64,000 nt of DNA from positions 64,001-128,000 of IMG/VR virus record IMGVR_UViG_3300039183_000005; one strand, given 5' to 3'. Positions 58,607 to 64,000 of the stretch are shown here, piece by piece; the stretch's first letter is position 1, and each line of letters opens with the position of its first letter. Position numbers and translations under genes: made by a program. Source of the stretch: a virus. The notes under the pieces were generated by a model that ran no database searches, was not told where the DNA came from, and saw only the letters and a list, made by a program, of their open reading frames with translations.

Positions 58607-58944
58607 TTGATTTCCTTTCTAATATTTCGTATTGTTGTTCCAATTAAATCTCGTCGTGCTGGTTGATTATCCAAATAATCATCATAACGATCAATTTTTC
58701 TTATGAATTCTTTAAGCTTTATTTGTTGAGAACATAACACTATAAATCCAAACATATAGTTGTGCGGAACATCATTAGGCAATTTTTTAATTTTCATTAT
58801 TTCATTTTGCCAACCTTTTATATAATATCCATCTGGATACTTGATGTCAACAAAAAAATATCTATCTATATATGGTATTTGGCGATATCTAATTCTAAAA
58901 TAATATCCATTGATACTTTTTAATATCATAGTTGGTGGTTTCAT
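58603..58944 (-). CDS. Hypothetical protein, paralog of 58997..59254
   Basis: PTM...FRIRYR...KIDRYD. Confidence 0.5.
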   Translation of the reverse strand: MKPPTMILKSINGYYFRIRYRQIPYIDRYFFVDIKYPDGYYIKGWQNEIMKIKKLPNDVPHNYMFGFIVLCSQQIKLKEFIRKIDRYDDYLDNQPARRDLIGTTIRNIRKEIK

Positions 58945-58996
58945 TTTTGTTTCCTAAATTCATTCAACAACTGTACTTTTCTTTCAAATTTATTAT

Positions 58997-59254
58997 TTAA
59001 AATCCATCGAAATTACGATCGTATTTTTCTATTTTATCGAAAAAATCGTATAACTCTTTATACCATTCTACATGAATAAATGATAACAGTTGACATAAGA
59101 TTGATAAATTGCATTTACTCATATCAATTATAGATAATTCGTTAATATATCTATTTCCATCATTAATATCTATAATTAAAAGTCTATCCAATTTATTGCG
59201 AATTCTATACCTCAATCTAAATCTTCCTCTAACCATCGTTGGTGCTCTCATCAA
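58997..59254 (-). CDS. Hypothetical protein, paralog of 58603..58944
   Basis: PTM...FRLRYR...KIEKYD; SD AAGGAG. Confidence 0.5.
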   Translation of the reverse strand: MMRAPTMVRGRFRLRYRIRNKLDRLLIIDINDGNRYINELSIIDMSKCNLSILCQLLSFIHVEWYKELYDFFDKIEKYDRNFDGF

Positions 59255-59269
59255 AGTTTAACTCCTTAA

Positions 59270-59614
59270 TTATTTTTCTATTTTCATTTGTTTTAAGTCG
59301 ATTTGTTCAATATTTGACAACATTGTTTTCATCTTATTTATTTCTTTTTTAAGTAAACCGATACAATATCGCCTTGCTAATTCTGGATTTTTATATACAA
59401 ATTTTTTAGTTTCTGGCGCAGCAAAATCTTGATCGTCAGTACCAATCATAATTGTAGTAGTATTTGAATAATATCTTTTTGTAATGCCAACTACCCCACT
59501 TAACCTTTCAAACGATCGACAGCGTATTTTATATATTTTGCAACTACCTAACCAATAGCTTACCCAATAATAAACGTTTCCTTTTTTTATTTGATATCCA
59601 TCTTTGGTTTTCAT
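59270..59614 (-). CDS. Hypothetical protein
   Basis: 114 aa, ATGA coupling. Confidence 0.5.
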   Translation of the reverse strand: MKTKDGYQIKKGNVYYWVSYWLGSCKIYKIRCRSFERLSGVVGITKRYYSNTTTIMIGTDDQDFAAPETKKFVYKNPELARRYCIGLLKKEINKMKTMLSNIEQIDLKQMKIEK

Positions 59615-61062
59615 TTAATTTGATACTCCAGTTTAATACCACGAAACTCTCCGGGAGAAATTATCGCCAATTGATCTAATACTCTTTGTCTTAGACTAAC
59701 GGCAATATCCAAAACAGTTTTCAACTCATTTGGTTTAATTGTATCAACTCTCCTGTGCGGAAATATTAACTTTAACAATCCCGATCCTATTCGAATAAGT
59801 GATCTCTGATCTCTTTGACCCATTTGGCCAAAATTAACGTTTTGTAATATTACGTTGGCATAATTACGTTTTCTCATTCTATGCATTACTTCCGATATAT
59901 AATCAGCCATAAATCCAAAATCTTTTGCAAAATTAACTTCCCTAATTGGCCCAATGCGCCATCCAGGAACAAATCCGTGTATCCGATCAAGAAACGCCCT
60001 ATCTTGACTGACTATTTGAGGAAACGGAGAAAATAGATTTCGATATCTTGCGGTAACTTCTCTTTTTTCTCTATTGCAATCAATATTACCAACAAAAGTA
60101 ATGCTGCAATCAGATGCAAATTCGGCAGTTCCTCTACCAAACCTACCGCTATTCATAAAATCTTTCAATAAATCTATTAAATCTCCTTGTCCAGACCATT
60201 TATTGCCACCACGACTATTGGCAAATTCGTCGAAAGCAACAACATCTCGGTATCCTATTAATCCCAACCTATTACGAAGTTTATCGTAAAACAAAGAAGC
60301 AATGGTAGTTTGAGACCCAGAAATAACAAATCCGTAAGAGCTTAATGATTGATAGGCAAATGTCTTTCCAGTCATCGTAGGGCCTAGTTCAACCATATTC
60401 ACATTAGATTCAATAAAAGGAATCATCCTTACCATATACAACCATTTTTCTTCTTCAGAAAGATTGGTTGGATCAAACCCGATACTCGTTATCATTAAGT
60501 TGAGCCATTCTTCGTCTGAAAATTGTTCTCGACGCTTAATCCATATATCCACATTGATATCGGTTATTTGTATTGGTTTAAATTCGGTCAACAAAAACGG
60601 ATACAGTTTTTTCCTCATAACATAAGATTCGTCGTATACTATTTTAAAGATACCCCATGCTCCACTTGTTAATAACGTATCTCCGTATTCTACGATGAGG
60701 TGTGGATTGATGCGAACATACTGATTCCCTAGCGCCGTGACATCTACCCAATATTCATCCTTGCCTTCATCAAATCGACAACGGATACGACCAATCAGGG
60801 TGTACTCCCCCTGCTCCCTGATTCTGCTCTTAACCAATTCCTTTTTGTCAGACTCCATGAAATGCGCATCGAGAAGTTGGCTGATTTTTTCCATGCCAGG
60901 AGTGGGGTTTTCAGGGTTGACAGCTTCCGAAATCAAATAGTCGACCACGAAACTTGGGAGCTTACGAAATTGTTCGTTAAGACAGCCCAAACTTTTGTCT
61001 ATTATGATCCCGTGTTCAGGGAAAACCTCAGAAGCCTTTTGTTTCGCTGTAGTGACTGTCAT
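59611..61062 (-). CDS. brxL: BrxL-like AAA+ ATPase (BREX Lon-like protein family), lacking the Lon protease domain
   Basis: PSFVVDYL, ELGPTMTGKT, SGSQTTIASLFY, GLIGYRDVVAFDE, LKDFMNSGRFGRG, AFLDRIHGFVPGW, DYISE, RDQR. Confidence 0.8.
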   Translation of the reverse strand: MTVTTAKQKASEVFPEHGIIIDKSLGCLNEQFRKLPSFVVDYLISEAVNPENPTPGMEKISQLLDAHFMESDKKELVKSRIREQGEYTLIGRIRCRFDEGKDEYWVDVTALGNQYVRINPHLIVEYGDTLLTSGAWGIFKIVYDESYVMRKKLYPFLLTEFKPIQITDINVDIWIKRREQFSDEEWLNLMITSIGFDPTNLSEEEKWLYMVRMIPFIESNVNMVELGPTMTGKTFAYQSLSSYGFVISGSQTTIASLFYDKLRNRLGLIGYRDVVAFDEFANSRGGNKWSGQGDLIDLLKDFMNSGRFGRGTAEFASDCSITFVGNIDCNREKREVTARYRNLFSPFPQIVSQDRAFLDRIHGFVPGWRIGPIREVNFAKDFGFMADYISEVMHRMRKRNYANVILQNVNFGQMGQRDQRSLIRIGSGLLKLIFPHRRVDTIKPNELKTVLDIAVSLRQRVLDQLAIISPGEFRGIKLEYQIK

Positions 61063-61706
61063 CTATTCACCTCATTATTTTTTCTTATGGGCACTGTCAG
61101 AGCCCTTTCAGTTGTCCAACCACGTTTCAGTCTCATAGAAAGTGTACCGCATTTAATGTTGATTTCTTCTGCCCACATTGCTATACACTGAGTTTTACCA
61201 TTATGTGTAACCAAATGATTGTCCCGTCTATTTCTACTGTTTATCTTGGGAGTAGTCCATCTGCAATTTTCTTTACAATAATTATTATCGTTATCTATTC
61301 GATCAATCTGGCACTTATCAGTTGGTGGAAGACCCATGTCTTTCAAAAAATTCTCAAACTTTAACCATCTTTCACAAACAGTAATACCGCGAGCACCATA
61401 GTGTTTATATTCCTTATTGTTTGGATTAGTACATCTTTGTATTATGCCTGCCCACCTATAATAGATATTACTGTTGCTCAATCCGTGTGTAGTTCTGTCT
61501 ATGTTGCGGCTTATCGTTTTTTCTAGACATAAACATCCGCAACTTTGAATCCTGTGACTTCTGAGGTGATCGCTACGAACAACTTTTTCTTTTCCGCAAT
61601 CACATCTACATAACCAACAACAATTTCCATGTCTTTTTTCTTGAGACTGCTCAACAACGACAAGCCTTCCGAATCTTTTTCCAGTAAGATCAATCAATTT
61701 CGACAT
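61059..61706 (-). CDS. Free-standing HNH homing endonuclease
   Basis: IDLTGKRFGRL, WLCRCDCG, YGARGITVC, QIDRIDNDNNYCKENCRW. Confidence 0.87.
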   Translation of the reverse strand: MSKLIDLTGKRFGRLVVVEQSQEKRHGNCCWLCRCDCGKEKVVRSDHLRSHRIQSCGCLCLEKTISRNIDRTTHGLSNSNIYYRWAGIIQRCTNPNNKEYKHYGARGITVCERWLKFENFLKDMGLPPTDKCQIDRIDNDNNYCKENCRWTTPKINSRNRRDNHLVTHNGKTQCIAMWAEEINIKCGTLSMRLKRGWTTERALTVPIRKNNEVNR

Positions 61707-62042
61707 CTACAGATCAATCCCAACTTCATCTAACACTTTTTCTAGCATACCGGACATTTTTAATCCAGTTATAATTTCCGATCCGAAGCCTAAAAGGCAT
61801 TTTCTTGCTAAATTTTCTGCATCATTTTTTGCTTTTTCTAATGATTTTCTTATTTTAATTCCATTAATTGATTTGCCTTTACACCAAATTCTATGCGACC
61901 ATCCAATAAGTCGCCGTCGATCATAATAACCGTATGGATATACTATTTTTGGTGTGCAAAATGCTTCTACAAAACCTATTTTGGATTGATAGCATGGAAA
62001 ACCAGCATTATTACCGTAATTTTTCCACACTATATTTTTCAT
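61707..62042 (-). CDS. Hypothetical protein
   Basis: 111 aa, SD GGAGG. Confidence 0.5.
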   Translation of the reverse strand: MKNIVWKNYGNNAGFPCYQSKIGFVEAFCTPKIVYPYGYYDRRRLIGWSHRIWCKGKSINGIKIRKSLEKAKNDAENLARKCLLGFGSEIITGLKMSGMLEKVLDEVGIDL

Positions 62043-62380
62043 ATTTCAACCTCCCACAAAAGTGACAAAGCATCCGACCTAGCCACAACTGACTCTTCCA
62101 CCACAGGTTCACAAACAGCCGTATTTGGCTGTTTCGCTGCCTCTATTAAACTTTCTAGGCAGAATAGATGGATAGCCCCCATCAAACCATCTGAGGCCCC
62201 AGACGAGCTACAATCGATTTCTCCGTTCCCACAACACTCCATTTGACTACCCCAAAATATCTGTTCTCCAGACTTTATTTTTTGATGACAGACTATACAA
62301 TACATGATGTTCCAGCTCCGCGCGCACTGCCGTTTTTTTTGTATTTCTATTATTAAACTCTTATCTATTGGAATTTTCAA
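62039..62380 (-). CDS. Hypothetical Cys/His protein
   Basis: CIVC...HLFC; start uncertain. Confidence 0.45.
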   Translation of the reverse strand: MKIPIDKSLIIEIQKKRQCARSWNIMYCIVCHQKIKSGEQIFWGSQMECCGNGEIDCSSSGASDGLMGAIHLFCLESLIEAAKQPNTAVCEPVVEESVVARSDALSLLWEVEI

Positions 62381-62439
62381 TTCGAAACATCATATCAAGT
62401 TACTTCGAATCTAATTATCAAGTTCTTGTTAACTAGAAA

Positions 62440-62467
62440 GTAAATCATAATATATGTCATGCAAGAC
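62440..62467 (-). other. Candidate dif-like Xer recombination site
   Basis: Reverse strand GTCTTGCATGA-CATATA-TTATGATTTAC; 17/28 identity to E. coli dif by hand alignment; lies in the largest intergenic gap. Confidence 0.25.
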
Positions 62468-62661
62468 AAGGAAATGTATAGGGTGTTACAATATTCCAGT
62501 ACATCTTCACAGAGATTAACCAATCTTTCAATTAAGCATTTTATTGCGTGGACAATTATGTCCTTGAAAAGTTATTAAACTTCATAAGTATAGAGAGTTC
62601 ATTTTTGGCAAAAGCGCTTGAAGAATTTTGAAAAATTTTTAAAAAAGTTAATTGTTACAAT

Positions 62662-63168
62662 CTAGTCTTTATTTTGTCGAGTTACAACGTTTTTCAAAAG
62701 AGTGCGCAATACATTTTTATTAGCATTCCCGTCATCTAAATTCATGTTATCTATGATAAGCTTGCCGTTTAAATGATCGATTTCATGCTGCCAAATTCTA
62801 GTTGTAATTGCGTCTCCTATAAATTTTAGTGGCCTACCATTAATGCCGGTTCCGTCAAGTATTGACGATGTTGCTCTTTGTATTGTCACATTAACTCCTG
62901 GTATTGATAGACACCCTTCTCTGGACTCAATTTTGCCACTAATACAACTAAGTACTGGATTCCATATTGCTTGATCTTGTTCGTTTTGCTTCCAAACGAA
63001 CATGCGGATATTCAATCCGACTTGTGTCGCAGCAAGTCCTGCCCCATGGTTTTTTCTCATGATTTTCCACATTTTTGATACAAGTCTAGCTCTATCTTTT
63101 GGGGATTCCGTTGGTGCTTCAATACATTTGACCAACAATTTTGGGTTTGGATAATATATTAATCGCAT
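62662..63168 (-). CDS. def: Peptide deformylase
   Basis: GAGLAATQVG, EGCLS, QHEIDHLNG. Confidence 0.95.
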   Translation of the reverse strand: MRLIYYPNPKLLVKCIEAPTESPKDRARLVSKMWKIMRKNHGAGLAATQVGLNIRMFVWKQNEQDQAIWNPVLSCISGKIESREGCLSIPGVNVTIQRATSSILDGTGINGRPLKFIGDAITTRIWQHEIDHLNGKLIIDNMNLDDGNANKNVLRTLLKNVVTRQNKD

Positions 63169-63413
63169 TGCGATTCCTCCAACAAGTGATGATCGAATAC
63201 TGTGGTTGGGTCTGCCGACGAAGAAAAGTCATACCAATTAATTGCGTCTCGATATCGTGATAACCAATTGTTGAATTCTTCATCACTCACTTTTGTGTCT
63301 GGCAATTCTAATTTTTTGATTGGACCGAAATTTTGCAGTCTAAATGAATCTGGAATTTCTCCACGGCAAACTTCGACAGTGATTCCGTTTACATTATATC
63401 TTAGTATTGTCAT
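63159..63413 (-). CDS. Hypothetical protein
   Basis: Start MTILR preferred because the upstream part overlaps 63394..63564. Confidence 0.45.
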   Translation of the reverse strand: MTILRYNVNGITVEVCRGEIPDSFRLQNFGPIKKLELPDTKVSDEEFNNWLSRYRDAINWYDFSSSADPTTVFDHHLLEESQCD

Positions 63414-63564
63414 TTCTTTTCTTCTTTGCAAGTAAAGTTCCTGCAATTCTTTTGGCAGCACTACCAATTAACGCTGGATAAATTGGTCCATGAACGCGAA
63501 TTGTTTCTTTTAATGCTCCGACTATAATTTTATGTATTTTTTGTTTTTCTTTTTGTTGTTTCAC
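63394..63564 (-). CDS. Small basic hypothetical protein (56 aa, not in the ORF track)
   Basis: SD GGAG + GTG; MKQQKEKQKIHKIIVGALKETIRVHGPIYPALIGSAAKRIAGTLLAKKKRNDNTKI; fills the gap in the operon. Confidence 0.55.
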   Translation of the reverse strand: MKQQKEKQKIHKIIVGALKETIRVHGPIYPALIGSAAKRIAGTLLAKKKRNDNTKI

Positions 63565-63582
63565 GCGAATATACTCCAGCGA

Positions 63583-63855
63583 TTAACCCCAGGTTTTATG
63601 TTTTTCTGCAACCCATTCTATTCCGTCGTATTCTTCTATAGTGTATTCTATATCATCTGGGATTTCTATAATTTGTAGGTTGGCATGTGGACCGTTTGCT
63701 TCTGCGCCGAGTTGTTTAACACATTCTATTAATTTTGGATCATTACGAGATAACTCGTCACCGTGACCATATCCATCCCATTCGAGACCCATGAATTTCA
63801 TACCTTTTTCACTAACACCAAATCCACCATAACATTTATTAATTACAATTTCCAC
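63583..63855 (-). CDS. Conserved-type hypothetical phage protein
   Basis: SD GGAGG + GTG; IVINKCYGGFG...RNDPKLIECV...IEEYDGIEWVAE. Confidence 0.65.
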   Translation of the reverse strand: MEIVINKCYGGFGVSEKGMKFMGLEWDGYGHGDELSRNDPKLIECVKQLGAEANGPHANLQIIEIPDDIEYTIEEYDGIEWVAEKHKTWG

Positions 63856-64000
63856 TTTATATACCTCCAAGAAAAAAAACACACACAATAAACTGGTATA
63901 AGTCTGTAAACGTAAAATCCACAGCGCAAAGTCTAATGAAACAACCCGAGAGCATTACGAACATTGGTCTTGACTTCTTGTTTACCAATTTCTCTACCAT

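Noticed and set aside
59611-61062. Complete BREX defence system or Lon protease
   Set aside because: No other brx/pgl genes nearby and no Lon Ser-Lys protease domain.
1-64000. Stop-codon reassignment, tRNA genes, CRISPR arrays
   Set aside because: Known genes are full-length in code 11 and end in all three stop codons. No cloverleaf or regularly spaced direct repeats were noticed by eye; tRNAscan and CRISPR finders were not run.

Overview
This window is part of a large, AT-rich dsDNA tailed bacteriophage genome read in the standard code (11). It has two converging arms. The + strand (1-13326) carries virion-type structural genes. The - strand (13329-64000) carries replication, recombination and nucleotide genes: DnaB, DnaG, SSB, RecA, Rad52-like SSAP, Whirly-like protein, RNase H, NrdJ, ThyX, dCMP deaminase and a DUF5664 dNTP diphosphohydrolase. 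It also has two sigma-like factors, a Xer-type recombinase, ClpP, peptide deformylase, an orphan BrxL-type ATPase and several intact or decayed HNH homing endonucleases. Main observations: (1) About 16 kb of glycan-building genes in two blocks: up to 7 glycosyltransferases, 4 methyltransferases, a sulfotransferase and a 4-gene NDP-sugar module. Some virion proteins are also strongly enriched in Ser-Gly dipeptides, which suggests a phage-encoded virion O-glycosylation system (hypothesis). (2) The DnaE polymerase is split into two genes with no intein, and one glycan block sits between the halves. (3) A LAGLIDADG intein lies at the catalytic motif of a GT4 enzyme. (4) Two recurrent promoter-like motifs: G(A/G)AAC-N18-TATAAT and GTGTATAA. 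No tRNA, rRNA or CRISPR array was seen. All calls come from motif recognition by eye; no database searches were run.
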